This document shows, in pieces, positions 51,685 through 62,137 of a stretch of DNA of 64,000 nucleotides. Each line of letters starts with the position of its first letter. Positions within the stretch are counted from its first letter, which is position 1. Below the pieces are notes generated by a model. The model searched no databases, was not told the origin of the DNA, and saw only the letters and a program-made list of their open reading frames with translations. Origin of the DNA: Alphaproteobacteria bacterium (lineage in GTDB: Bacteria; Pseudomonadota; Alphaproteobacteria; UBA828; JAPUJA01); contig CBDAPE010000013.1 of the NCBI GenBank assembly GCA_965198325.1, positions 256,307-320,306 of the forward strand. Direction: 5' to 3'. The translations under genes were made by a program, and so were the position numbers.

Positions 51685-53978
51685 TACTTTTTCCGGTCGA
51701 TGGCCATCAGCAGAGCAGGGAGCAGCAAGAAATCAGCGAGGAGCGCCAAGACGATCGTGATCGTCACCAGAAGGCCGAGCGCCCAACTGACTTCAAACCC
51801 CGACGAGGCGAACACGAGAAAACCCGCCGACAAGACGGCAGTCGTGGTCCATAGCGCTTGACCTACGGTGCGAAAGGCCGAGCGCACGGCCTCGGGTGCC
51901 AAGAGGCCCTCGCGGCGGGCCTTCTGATACTTGCTCAGAAAATGGATCGTATCATCCACGATGATGCCAAAGGCTATCGCGGCGACCACCGAAGCGGCAA
52001 GGCCCACATTGCCGACCAGATAGCCCCACAAGCCGAAGCCCATGACCAAGGGAATGAAGTTGGGCAGGAGGCTGATCAGGCCGAGGCGTACGCTCCTAAG
52101 GGCCCAGATCAAAATGAACGAAATTAGACCCATGGCGATAATCGTGCCAAGCAGCATGCTGTCGATATTCCGCTGGGCGAGGTGAGCGAAGACGATGCTG
52201 ACACCCGATGCCTCGGTCGCAAGGCTAGGTGCATTGGCGCGAAGCCAGATCTGCGCGCGCGCGTCCAGTTCTCGCTGGGCCTTGGACGTTAGGCTGCCGA
52301 CCACGATGGTCATGCGTGTCGCGGATTTGGCGACGTCGATGCGGTTGTTGAGGTCGCTACCGAACGGAAGCGAGAGCTCGTAAAGCAAAAGATATTGTGC
52401 CGCGAGCTCCTGATCGTCGGGCAGTCGGTAGAATGCCGGGTCGTCGCCGTGCATGTTCTTGTTGAGACGCTTCATGATGTCCGGAAAAGCCTGGACATGG
52501 GTCACTTCGGGCTGATCTCGATACCATTCAGCAAAAGCGTCGACCGCGTATAGATATTCGGGGTCGGTGATGCCGCCTTCGCTTCCCGCGGTCATCGAAT
52601 ATTCCAGCGTTTCCATGCCGGTCAGATTTTCGATGACGAAGTCCGTATCTCGCCGGAACTCGTAACGGTCGTCCAAATACCGAGTCCAGTTGTCGGTCAG
52701 CTCGATGTGGGGAATGCCGGCGGCCAAGGCGACGACCACAAGTGAGACGAATGCGAGCAGGTATCTGCGGTTCGCGACGACGAAGGCGCCGAAGCGGTCG
52801 AAGAAAGCGGGCCGCTCGGCGCGGGCGGGACGCACGCGCAGCGGCAGGATCGCTAGCGTCGCCGGCAGCATGGTCATGGAATAGACGAAGGCGCACACCA
52901 CGCCGAACGCCACAAGACTGCCTAGAACGCGAAAAGGCGGCGAGTCCGAGGCATTGAGACTGAGGAACCCAATCGCGGTCGTGAGCGAGGTCAGAAACAC
53001 CGGCCAAGCATTAATGCGAAGTGCTTCGGTGATCGCCTCGTTTTTGGCCAGACCGCGTCTCATGCCCGCTAGGGTTGAGGTGACGATGTGGACCGAATGC
53101 GCAATAGCCACCGTCGTGACGATGATCGGCACGCCGGAATTGGCGGGGTTGAACACGGTACCAATCCAGCCGGCAAAACCCACGGTGGTATTGACGACGG
53201 CTCCGAGAACGACAAAGACGGCAAGAGTGCCCCATATCGAGCGCAGAAGAACGGCGGCGACACCTACAATGACCACGAACACGATCGGTGCGAGGATCCG
53301 AAAATCGTCTTGGGTGGCCTTGCTCATGGCATGGTTGAGAACGACGTTGCCGGTCAAGTAATAGGCGATGTCCGGATGGCTTGCACGGGCCTCGTTCAGA
53401 AGGGTGTTGAGATAACCGGTTATCTCGACCACCGCAGAGTCCGTGTCCTCGGGCAGGGCAAAACCGATCACCAGCCCGGCCACGCGTCCGTCTCTGGAGA
53501 CCAGACGCCTGGCTGGGTCAGTGGCGTTCAACGCGATCGCCTCGACTCGCGCGAGGTCGGCATCGCTCAGCGATCGCGCGTCATCGACGAGCGGCTCGAC
53601 GATCAAGTCGTCCCCGAGCGCCTCGCTATGGGAATAGTTGGTGAGGGAGTCGACCCGTATGGACCACGGCGCGCGCCACGCGGCTTCGGTCAGCTCCTCG
53701 ACCGCGCCGAGCGTTTCGCGCGTGAACACCGAGCCCTCTCGGGGGGCAACTGCAATCAACGCCGTGCTGGACGCCGAGTAAGTGTCCTCAAACGCATCGA
53801 ATGCGGCGAGCTGCGGATTGTCTTCGTCGAACAGGCTGCGGTAGTCGTTCGTGATAGCGATGAACTGGGCCCCCGCCGTGACGGCCAACATGGCCAGCCC
53901 GGCGAGCGCGGCGACCAACCGCGGGTGGCGTAGAATGGCGGCGATGTAGCGGTCCAGTGGCACGGGGTCTCGCCTCAA
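51684..53978 (-). CDS. RND-superfamily exporter, MMPL/SSD type (764 aa)
   Basis: Two 6-TM bundles with large periplasmic loops; SSD-like segments (…GVVCAFVYSMTMLPATLAILP…, …AAIAFGIIVDDTIHFLSKYQKAR…). Confidence 0.8.
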   Translation of the reverse strand: MRRDPVPLDRYIAAILRHPRLVAALAGLAMLAVTAGAQFIAITNDYRSLFDEDNPQLAAFDAFEDTYSASSTALIAVAPREGSVFTRETLGAVEELTEAAWRAPWSIRVDSLTNYSHSEALGDDLIVEPLVDDARSLSDADLARVEAIALNATDPARRLVSRDGRVAGLVIGFALPEDTDSAVVEITGYLNTLLNEARASHPDIAYYLTGNVVLNHAMSKATQDDFRILAPIVFVVIVGVAAVLLRSIWGTLAVFVVLGAVVNTTVGFAGWIGTVFNPANSGVPIIVTTVAIAHSVHIVTSTLAGMRRGLAKNEAITEALRINAWPVFLTSLTTAIGFLSLNASDSPPFRVLGSLVAFGVVCAFVYSMTMLPATLAILPLRVRPARAERPAFFDRFGAFVVANRRYLLAFVSLVVVALAAGIPHIELTDNWTRYLDDRYEFRRDTDFVIENLTGMETLEYSMTAGSEGGITDPEYLYAVDAFAEWYRDQPEVTHVQAFPDIMKRLNKNMHGDDPAFYRLPDDQELAAQYLLLYELSLPFGSDLNNRIDVAKSATRMTIVVGSLTSKAQRELDARAQIWLRANAPSLATEASGVSIVFAHLAQRNIDSMLLGTIIAMGLISFILIWALRSVRLGLISLLPNFIPLVMGFGLWGYLVGNVGLAASVVAAIAFGIIVDDTIHFLSKYQKARREGLLAPEAVRSAFRTVGQALWTTTAVLSAGFLVFASSGFEVSWALGLLVTITIVLALLADFLLLPALLMAIDRKK

Positions 53979-54131
53979 TGATCACCGGCCGGGAGCGCCG
54001 GTGAGTTCACAGGATTCGGTGCGCGCCGTTGCCGTCGTCGCGACCGGCCGCAGATGGCTTGGCTCCATCCGGCTAACTGCTTCCGATACGTCCACCGCAT
54101 GGAGTCGATCGTGGCACCGGCACAAGCATCC

Positions 54132-55289
54132 TCACCATGGGCTCGATTTCGATGTGTGGACATGATCGGGCATTTTGTAACTTAATCCACCCGGGTCGTA
54201 CACCGAGATTTGGAGAAGCTGTGAAAAATTTCCGGACCTGATTAGCTGGTCGTTCTTGAAAAACCGCCAAATGCGTTGTTTCGACCGGTAAACTAACAGT
54301 GTTCCCAGGGTCAAGGTCTTTGGAAACTGGAACTGGTTGGCGATTTTGTTTCCAATGAGTGCTCGTGAAAGGCGGTAGGCCAAAGCCGTTATATTTTTCT
54401 TTTCGACCGGATCTGTTATGTCCGCGACCGACGGAATGGCTTGGATCAACATGTTGGCTACGGCTATCGAATCGGCGTCCGGCGGCGGCTCGCACATATA
54501 GCCGATCTTGTACATCTTTTGCGCTTCCGCGGCGCTGGAATAGAGGATGGTTTCAGGTATCCCCATGAGATAGCCGGTGTAGCGCCAGACGGCGAGAACG
54601 CTCTCTCTTTCTTCCTTGTTTAGTGACGCGCCCACCAACAACGAGTATTCCAACAGGCGCGCGGAAAAGACGGAGATGGCGAAGCCCAGATGCGCCGCGC
54701 TTACCGGCGTGCCCCAAGCTTCGTGATTCCAATCGTCCGATTTCGCCAGCAGACCTCTTATTCGAGCATGAACGAAGCGAATGCGCGTGGACAGCTTCCA
54801 TCCATCGCCGTCTCTGCGCAAGCCACCGGGGAAAAATATGTCCATCATGTGGCGGTTGTTCTGCTGTAGGCGTCTTTTGGTCGACGCCACTCGCCCGGTA
54901 ATGTTGAAAGACTTGGCGATAAGCGTCGAAAAGCCTTCTACCAGCACCCCCGTAACGAATGCGACGAGCATGAGGTCTACGTTTGCGTGAAAGGCGCGAA
55001 TCCCCGGACGGAAGGCTTCGCGGTCGAGCCACGGAGGTTCGTCATCGAGAATCTTGAAGAAATCGCGCAGGACCTGCGGCGCGCCTTTTAGAATCTCATC
55101 CCGCTGCTCTATGCCGGCCTCAACAAACCGGTGCAGGTCGGCGGGAGGCAGCGAGGAGAGTTCCTCCATCACCGTGTCGAGCGCGGGGTCGCCCATGGTG
55201 GTGTGCTTGATGTAGTTGTCCGCAGCCGCTTGGTCGCGGAGGCGGGCTTTCGCATAACCCTCGGTGTAGGCTGAAGGTATCGGTGTCAT
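54132..55289 (-). CDS. MpaB/DUF2236-family putative oxygenase
   Basis: 385 aa; DUF2236-like core (…WKLSTRIRFVHARIRGLLAKSDDWNHEAWGTPVSAAHLGFAISVF…). Confidence 0.6.
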   Translation of the reverse strand: MTPIPSAYTEGYAKARLRDQAAADNYIKHTTMGDPALDTVMEELSSLPPADLHRFVEAGIEQRDEILKGAPQVLRDFFKILDDEPPWLDREAFRPGIRAFHANVDLMLVAFVTGVLVEGFSTLIAKSFNITGRVASTKRRLQQNNRHMMDIFFPGGLRRDGDGWKLSTRIRFVHARIRGLLAKSDDWNHEAWGTPVSAAHLGFAISVFSARLLEYSLLVGASLNKEERESVLAVWRYTGYLMGIPETILYSSAAEAQKMYKIGYMCEPPPDADSIAVANMLIQAIPSVADITDPVEKKNITALAYRLSRALIGNKIANQFQFPKTLTLGTLLVYRSKQRIWRFFKNDQLIRSGNFSQLLQISVYDPGGLSYKMPDHVHTSKSSPW

Positions 55290-55331
55290 AGTTCACTCCT
55301 TAACTCAGTATAGCTGGGATCAAATGACTTC

Positions 55332-56876
55332 CTAGCAGTCTGTCGGGCTTTGGCCCAAGAGATTTGGACGGCTCGGCCTGGCGGGGCCGTGATGCGACCC
55401 TCGCCGGAGCGGTGCGGATAGGCTGGGTTTTCTGCTCGGCGGTCGAGATTGAGCTGCTTTGCCGGCGCTCCGGTGGGCTCTGGGCCGAGCGTTGCGGCGG
55501 CTTTTCGGCGCGAGAAAGGCGTCATGAGGCCATCTTGAGCTTGTGCAGGCGCTTGCAGTTGTAGGCGAGGGCCACCAAGTCCCACTCGCCGGCCACCATG
55601 TCGCAGCCGCGCAGGGAGAATTCGGTGAAGCCGGGCACCGCCTTGATGATGCCGAAGACAGGCTCCACGGTCTGTTGGCGCAGCCTGTAGAGGGCGCGGC
55701 TCTCTTCGCTGTCGAGTTTGGCCGCCATATGGCCTTGAGCCAATCGGCCTTGGGCTCCTTGGGGAGCGAGGGGGCCTTGGCCGGGCGGAAATCGTGGGTT
55801 CGACGACGGCCCTCCGCCCCGGTCGCCACCAAGGTCTCGATGCCGCTCTCCGCGAGTGCCGTCACCTCCGTGCCGTTGGCATACCCATTGTCCGCCAGGA
55901 CCGTCCCCGGCCGGCCCACCACGACCGGGATCGCATCGATGTCGGCCACCAGTTCGTTGCGGTCGCTGGCGCACTGACTGATTCGGGCACCCAGGATCAG
56001 CTGTGAACCATCGGCATCCAACACCGCCTGTGCGTTGTAGGTCTGGCGGTATTCGTGCTTCTTGGACTTGCGCATCAGTCGGTTGTCCGGGTCGCTCAGA
56101 TTGCTCTGCTCCTCGGCCCGCGGTGCCTCCTCCGGCGCCTTGGGATGCTTGCTCTTGGCCCGTCCCTCGCGCTTGTCGCGCGCCGCCACCTTGGCCTCGT
56201 AGTCCGCCCGCCCCGCCTCGGCACGCGCCTTGGCCTGGGCCTCCAGACGGCGCCGGGCCGCTCCTAGCTGATCGCGCAGGGCCTCGCGCCGCGCAATCTC
56301 TTTGGGCAGCGCCTGTGGGTCCTCCTCGCCACACCCGTCGACCGCCTCGGCACGGGCCATCGCCTCCGCGATCTCCAGCTCCAACTGCGCCACCAACTCC
56401 CCCGCACGGTCGCACCTCACCGAGCGGTGTTTGCTGGCGTTCGCCTTGATCTTGCTGCCGTCGACGCTGACCAGACCCACCTTCAGAAGCTTCAGCTCCT
56501 TGGCCAGAAGAAGAACCTGCAAGAAACTCTCACCGACCGCCGTGAAGTTCTCCCGCCGGAAGGTCGCGATCGTGTCGTGATCCGGATGTGCGTTGGCCGC
56601 CACAAAGCGAACCCCGATGTCCCGGTAAGTCGCCCGCTCGATCCGACGGCTCGAGAAGATCCAATTGGCATAGCTGTAGATCAACAGCGCCAACATCATC
56701 CGCGGGTGATACTGAGCCGAACCCGTGCCGCGATGATTGACCTTGAAGGCCCCCATCTCGACACGCTCAACCGCCTCGATCACGAAGTGCGCCAAATCAT
56801 CCGCCGGGATCCAGTCCCGAAGATCAGGCGGAAGCAGAAAGGCCTGGTCCCGCTCGTAGTCGACAAACTTGCTCAT
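55332..56876 (-). pseudogene. IS1182-family transposase, frameshifted (C-terminus in ORF 55522..56415 frame)
   Basis: N-term MSKFVDYERDQAFLLPPDLRDWIPADDLAHFV…; C-terminal …VFGIIKAVPGFTEFSLRGCDMVAGEWDLVALAYNCKRLHKL in another frame. Confidence 0.8.
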
Positions 56877-56921
56877 AAACCGATTCTATAACAAAAACCC
56901 CCAAAGCCCGACAGACTGCTA
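55333..56921 (-). mobile_element. IS1182-family element with frameshifted transposase
   Basis: Perfect 21-bp IRs TAGCAGTCTGTCGGGCTTTGG at 55333-55353 and 56901-56921 (rc). Confidence 0.85.
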
Positions 56922-57012
56922 ATGTAGTTACTGCCGAAAGGAATTGAAAGAGAGGACAGTGTGATAGCGAACCCGTTTGTCGCGCATCTTGAAGCTCCGG
57001 CTGCAGGCGCAA

Positions 57013-58855
57013 GAGCTATGCCCAAAAGTTGACGGGGCGGTAAAAAGTCGGTTCCAGTCGGGAATCGACGGCTTTATACTGGTGCATGTTCACCTTACGC
57101 GACCGACGGACTGGGGAATTGTTTGATCGCTGGTCCGATCTCGGGGACAAACGTCGGCGCCTGTTGGAGCGATCCTGGGCCGGGGTTTTTCGAAACCATC
57201 TGCTTGTCGAGCTTCCTGTTGACGCCCTTTGCGGTCACCTTGATGAGCGCATGGGCCGGCCATCGAAGGATCTACACGTCGTCATCGGGGTCCTGCTTCT
57301 CCAGCAACTGCACGATCTGAGCGATGCGGCGACGGTGGAGGCCCTGGCGTTCAATATGGCATGGCACCATGCCTTGGACGTACGCAGCGAAGCGGAGAGC
57401 TATTTTTGTGAGAAGACCCTGCGCAACTATCGCCGTTTGTTCATCGAACAAGGTCTTGATGGATTGCTGTTCCGGCATTTGACGGATCGACTGGTGCGGG
57501 CGTTCTCTGTTGATATCAGCCGTCAACGCATGGATTCGACGGCCCTTCGTTTGGCGATGCGCACGCTGACACGGCTTGGCATCGTTGCTGAGAGCATCTC
57601 GAAGTTCGCCCGTGAGCTTGAGCGCCTTCATCCCGATCTGTACGCGCGGATCGGCAAGGAAGTCATCCGCCGCTATGTCGGTCGCGGGGGTGAGGGCGCA
57701 TTTGCGCATACGCCGCCGAGTGTTTCCAGGCACCGCCTTGGCGAAGCGGGTCAGGATCTCCTCGCGCTGACGCTGCAATTCCGTGACACGGCGGCGGCAA
57801 AACTGTCTTCTTTTGCGATCCTTGAAAGGGTTTTGCGGGATCGGTTCGAGAGCGTTGATGATGAACATGGCGATCGTGACACAAAGTGCGCCGCTCTTCG
57901 AGATCCAAAGGATGTGCCTTGCGATACCGTCGGTAATCCGTCCGACCCGGACGCCGGTTACAATGCCCATGAGGGCCAGGGTTATGTGGCGCAAATCGTC
58001 GAAAATTATTGCGAAGATGGGGACGGCAATGATGGCGGCGATGAAGAGACTTCTGCGACCCCCGCTCTAATCACTCATGTGGCGATCCACAAGATGACGG
58101 TGCATGACGGCCACCGCCTTCCAGATGCGTTGGATGATCTGGCTGAACGGTCGCTGACGCCAGCGGTGATGCTGGGCGATTCACATTACGGGTCGGCTGG
58201 AAATATGGCTCTGGCACGCGAGCAAAATATCGACTTGGTGGCACCGGCGCGACCAGCCAAAGGCGCGTCATCGGGGCGCTTGACATTGGAAGAATTCATC
58301 CCCGACGACGAAGGCTTGGTCTTGCGTTGTCCCAACAGCGTCGAACCGGTTTCAGTCTCAGCCGGCAGGGCCAAGCTGCAGGCCCGTTTCGACCTCACCA
58401 TTTGCCGAGCCTGTCCAGATATCGAGCGCTGTCCAGTGCAAGCGGCCAAGCGTGATGGCCAAGTTGCCCGTTTCCAATACACCCCGGCCAGAGCCGCCAA
58501 CCAAAGGCGCCGGCGTTATGAAGAAAGTGAGGCCTTTCGTGATACCTACCGATGGCGGGCCGGCATCGAAGCGACTATGTCGCGACTAAAATACCAGATG
58601 AACCTGACTCATCTACGGGCTCGCGGCATGCCCGCCATGCACTACGTCGTCAATCTACGCGCCCTCGGCCTTAATATCCGCCGCTGCGCCGCCGTCGCGC
58701 CATAAAAACCGAAACATTAGCGGCTGCATCGCTGTTCATGGGGCATCAACGCATAGACTTGACCGATTAATCCGTCCCGGGGCTGGAAATAATGCGTCAA
58801 GAGGTGCTGCCGACCGCTGACTTTTTACCGTCCCGTCAACTTTTGGGCATAGCTC
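57013..58855 (+). mobile_element. IS4/IS5-superfamily element (IS1182-like) with intact 539-aa transposase
   Basis: About 37-bp near-perfect IRs GAGCTATGCCCAAAAGTTGACGGG(G/A)CGGTAAAAAGTC at both ends. Confidence 0.85.
57086..58705 (+). CDS. DDE transposase (IS1182/IS5-like) with C-terminal zinc-ribbon
   Basis: N-terminal InsH-like domain; CPNSVEP…ICRACPDIERCP; C-terminal …YRWRAGIEATMSRLKYQMNLTHLRARGM…. Confidence 0.85.
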   Translation: MFTLRDRRTGELFDRWSDLGDKRRRLLERSWAGVFRNHLLVELPVDALCGHLDERMGRPSKDLHVVIGVLLLQQLHDLSDAATVEALAFNMAWHHALDVRSEAESYFCEKTLRNYRRLFIEQGLDGLLFRHLTDRLVRAFSVDISRQRMDSTALRLAMRTLTRLGIVAESISKFARELERLHPDLYARIGKEVIRRYVGRGGEGAFAHTPPSVSRHRLGEAGQDLLALTLQFRDTAAAKLSSFAILERVLRDRFESVDDEHGDRDTKCAALRDPKDVPCDTVGNPSDPDAGYNAHEGQGYVAQIVENYCEDGDGNDGGDEETSATPALITHVAIHKMTVHDGHRLPDALDDLAERSLTPAVMLGDSHYGSAGNMALAREQNIDLVAPARPAKGASSGRLTLEEFIPDDEGLVLRCPNSVEPVSVSAGRAKLQARFDLTICRACPDIERCPVQAAKRDGQVARFQYTPARAANQRRRRYEESEAFRDTYRWRAGIEATMSRLKYQMNLTHLRARGMPAMHYVVNLRALGLNIRRCAAVAP

Positions 58856-58977
58856 GCTAGATGCTGTACACTTATTCCCTTGGCAACTTGGGCGAATACG
58901 CCTGTGTATCTATAATGATTGAAAACGAATAAGCGTATTCAGAGAGAATCTTGACTGGCATCACCCTGAAAGGCTCG

Positions 58978-59015
58978 GATTTCTGCCCCAGACGGAATTT
59001 ATAGGAGGGACAGGC
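58978..59015. repeat. MITE-family terminal fragment (inverted orientation)
   Basis: GGATTTCTGCCCCAGACGGAATTTATAGGAGGGACAGG is the rc of the family TIR plus adjacent GGCAGAAA segment. Confidence 0.5.
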
Positions 59016-59092
59016 AAAATTTCAAGCCCTTAAACTAGGAAGTTCGGGGTCCTAAAAAGGTAGACAGACATGACCAGAACTGGAGGTCGGCT

Positions 59093-59356
59093 ATGGCACT
59101 GCGCCACGACAGCTTCCTGATACCCGGCGGCTTCGTCGGCGACCGGCGTCCGCTTAAGGTTCCGACATTTACCGGTTTGCTTCAGGGTATCTTCTATATG
59201 GCTCTCGGCTGGCTCGTCCTCGGCAGTCTGTTTCTGATCGGTTTCGTCACCTTCGGTATTGGCATCACACTTGCCGGACGGTTTCCCTATCTCTTCTCGA
59301 TCCCGCACTCTCGTATCGCATCGACCTCGCGTCGTTCCGCCTTCACCCGGCGCTAG
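59093..59356 (+). CDS. small 2-TM membrane protein, hypothetical
   Basis: 87 aa with two hydrophobic helices (…YMALGWLVLGSLFLIGFVTFGIGITLAG…). Confidence 0.35.
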   Translation: MALRHDSFLIPGGFVGDRRPLKVPTFTGLLQGIFYMALGWLVLGSLFLIGFVTFGIGITLAGRFPYLFSIPHSRIASTSRRSAFTRR

Positions 59357-59382
59357 ACGTATCCACCCCCCCCCCGCTGTCG

Positions 59383-59530
59383 TTGCGGCAGGTCGAAGAT
59401 TTGCTGTTCGAGCGCGGTATCGACATCTGCCATGAGACCGTACGGTTGTGGTGGAACCGGTTCGGTCCATTGTTTGGCGCGGAGATCAGGCAGCGCCGCG
59501 TTCATGATGCCTCGTATTCCCGATGGCGCC
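59383..59530 (+). pseudogene. IS6-family transposase N-terminal fragment (second copy)
   Basis: LRQVEDLLFERGIDICHETVRLWWNRFGPLFGAEIRQRRVH; preceded by an 11-nt C-homopolymer at about 59364-59374. Confidence 0.6.
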
Positions 59531-59593
59531 GGCTCTCGAACTCATTGATTTCTGTCTCATCTTCGTTTTGTATGAACGCCTCCCGTTACGCAA

Positions 59594-61030
59594 GGACCGA
59601 TTTTGTGCGACGGACAGGCAGATTGCAGTTTTGTATCCGGCCTTTGGTGCGGGGCTTCTTACCCGCTGGCCCTGATGGGATCTGCCGATCCGCGCCTCAT
59701 TTCCTTCCGTGGGCTTCTCGCCCTAACGAAGATGCAGGCTTAGCGGATCGCGGTCTGACCTGTTTGCCATCACACCTTGTCGTACCTTGCGCAATGTTTC
59801 AGCGGCCACCTCCTGTGTCGGTTCGTTATCCCGCCGCCTGCCGTGCCTAGACCGGCTGGCTGACGAAGTTCGTCTGGTACGCCCGGTCATGGGCCAACAG
59901 GGCCCAGATCGTGCGTGCCGTCTTGTTGGCCAGCGCGACGGTGACCACGTTGGGCGGTCGCCGCGCGGCCAGGCGCAGCGCCCAGTCGGGCGGCGCCTTG
60001 GCGTTGGTGAGCACGGTGCGCGCGCCGTGGATCAGCAGGGTGCGAAGATACTTGTCCCCGCGTTTGGAGATGCCGAGCGTGCGGACCCGTCCCCCTGTGC
60101 CTTTGTGCCGGGGCACCAGGCCGAGCCAGGCGGCAAACTCGCGGCCGGATCTGAAGGCAGCGGGATCGCCCATCGCCGCCACCACAGCCGTCGCGGTCAG
60201 TACCCCGACGCCGGGGATCTCCGCGATGCGCCGGCTGGCGGCATTGCTGCGGTGCCACAGCTTGATCCGTCGCTCGATCTCGCCGATCTCCTTGTCGAGC
60301 GCGGCCACCCGCGCCCACTGCTCGCGCAGGGTCTCCACGATCATCGCCGGAAGGCGCTCCGAGACCCGCTCCAGGGCCGGGGCGATCGCACGGCGTATGC
60401 CGGCCCGGCCTTTCGGCATGACCTCGCCGTATTTGCTCAGAAGACCGCGCAGGCCGTTGATCTGGGCGGTGCGGAACTTCACCAGCTGCTGGCGCATGCG
60501 GTGCATCGCCAGGACCGCCTGCTGGTCCTCGGTCTTGATCGCAACCGTCTTGATGCCGGGTTGCTGAACCACGGTCCAGATCGCCCGCGCGTCCTGCGCA
60601 TCATTCTTGTTGCCACCAACGAAGGGCCGAACAGCCTTGGCCGGCACCAGCCGGGGCTCGTGCCCGAGTTCCCGCAGCCGGCGCGCCCAATGCTGCGTGC
60701 CGCCGCACGCCTCCATCGCCACAACGCAGGGCGTGCGGTTGGCGACGTGCTCTAGGAACTTCGCCCGCGTCAGCTTCAAATCCACAATCTCACCCGTCTC
60801 CATATCCACCCAGTGCAACTGGAACACTCGCTTTGCCGTATCCACACCAACGACGGTTCTGTTAGTCTTCATTTCGGATCCTCCGGTTTACCCGTGAAGA
60901 GCTTGCTCTTCACCACGTGGCACTTTGATGCCGTCGGCCCGCGAGGGTCCAACCCTTTCGGCCTTCGAACATCAAGGGGTGGGAGGCGCCCATCCCATTT
61001 CCTTCGGTCACTACGATGAGCCAAAAAAAC
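59594..61030 (-). mobile_element. IS110-family element bounded by CCGTTACGCAA on both sides
   Basis: CCCGTTACGCAA at 59582-59593 and TCCGTTACGCAA at 61031-61042; about 1.44 kb with a complete 341-aa transposase. Confidence 0.6.
59847..60872 (-). CDS. IS110-family transposase
   Basis: MKTNRTVVGVDTAKRVFQLHWV… DEDD N-domain plus C-terminal domain. Confidence 0.9.
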   Translation of the reverse strand: MKTNRTVVGVDTAKRVFQLHWVDMETGEIVDLKLTRAKFLEHVANRTPCVVAMEACGGTQHWARRLRELGHEPRLVPAKAVRPFVGGNKNDAQDARAIWTVVQQPGIKTVAIKTEDQQAVLAMHRMRQQLVKFRTAQINGLRGLLSKYGEVMPKGRAGIRRAIAPALERVSERLPAMIVETLREQWARVAALDKEIGEIERRIKLWHRSNAASRRIAEIPGVGVLTATAVVAAMGDPAAFRSGREFAAWLGLVPRHKGTGGRVRTLGISKRGDKYLRTLLIHGARTVLTNAKAPPDWALRLAARRPPNVVTVALANKTARTIWALLAHDRAYQTNFVSQPV

Positions 61031-61371
61031 TCCGTTACGCAATCTAACTCTATCTGTCCCATAGGCGCTGACGGCGGACAGCCGACCTCGTCCCGCACGT
61101 TTGGGTCGGCCCCGCCGTCGATCAGCGCGGCGATCACGGCGGAATTGTCATTGAGCTCCGCCGCCATGTGCAGGGGCGTCGAGCCACTGTCGTTCCAAGC
61201 ATTCGGGTCGGCCCCGGATGACAAACAATCCCGTATCGTCATGGGCGTCACCGTCGCGAAGAACACCGCCGAGTTCCAGCCTCCGCAATCCGCCGCGATC
61301 GATGGACGACCCCATGCTGTGAGGGCCAGGAAGAGGACACCAACAACAATCGGCCCGCCAAACCGGGTCAT
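61010..61371 (-). pseudogene. secreted ankyrin-repeat protein, C-terminally truncated at the IS110 insertion
   Basis: Signal peptide plus ANK repeats (…NDSGSTPLHMAAELNDNSAVIAALIDGGADPNVRDE…); reading then runs into the repeat motif and IS flank. Confidence 0.5.
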
Positions 61372-61660
61372 CCTGCGTTCTTCGATGCTTGACGTCAGGC
61401 TTGAACGCCGATCAAGGAACCAATCTCTCGGCTGCCTCCGGCGCCACGAGGGTGGTGGCGGCAGTCAGCCATATAGACACTGCATTTCGGAGCGCGGACG
61501 GCAGATTGCCGGTGCAACCGCCTTCCTGGCACCGCGAGTTCTGTGAATTCGTCAATCTCGATGCCCATGGCATATATCGTAGATCGTGCGCGCCAGCCCG
61601 TCCATTCCCCGAGAGATAGAACCAGCCCCAACCGATGATCTTGAGGGAGGTGAAGTCTGT

Positions 61661-62137
61661 CTGCCACACGACGAGACTGAGCTACTACGACGATTGGCTG
61701 GACACCTTCTCGACCGCGCCCGACCTCGCGGTCACGAGCCTGAACATCTGCCACGACGACTCCCAGAAACGATTGCGGCGGTTCGTCAAGGAAGCGGAGC
61801 TGATCGTCTTGCTGCATTCGACCAACGGCGATACGACGATCTATCTGGAACCGCTGGCGACGGTACTGCAAGACCGCAAAGGGCTGCTGGTCAGTTTCGT
61901 CGGAAACGAGGTCAATCTTCCCGGTTCGTCGATCGTCGCCAAGCGCCGTGTCCTCGGCGCGCTCGAGCCGGACATCATTGCCAGTCAATTACCGCTGGAA
62001 GCGGGTGAGTATCTGTTCGGTGACCTGGTGCGCTGGAAGGTGATCAGCCTCCCGCACGGGCTCAATCCAAAAGTCTTCCGCTCCTCGATTCCCCCATCAG
62101 CCAGGCCCATCGACGTCGGCGTCCGTGCGGTGCGATA
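61661..62137 (+). pseudogene. gene fragment of unknown function, truncated 5' by an IS3 micro-fragment and 3' by IS21 copy 2
   Basis: …LIVLLHSTNGDTTIYLEPLATVLQDRKGLLVSFVGNEVNLPGSSIVAKRRVLGALEPDIIASQ… protein-like but unassignable; 61596-61660 is a 65-bp IS3 orfB remnant. Confidence 0.3.
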
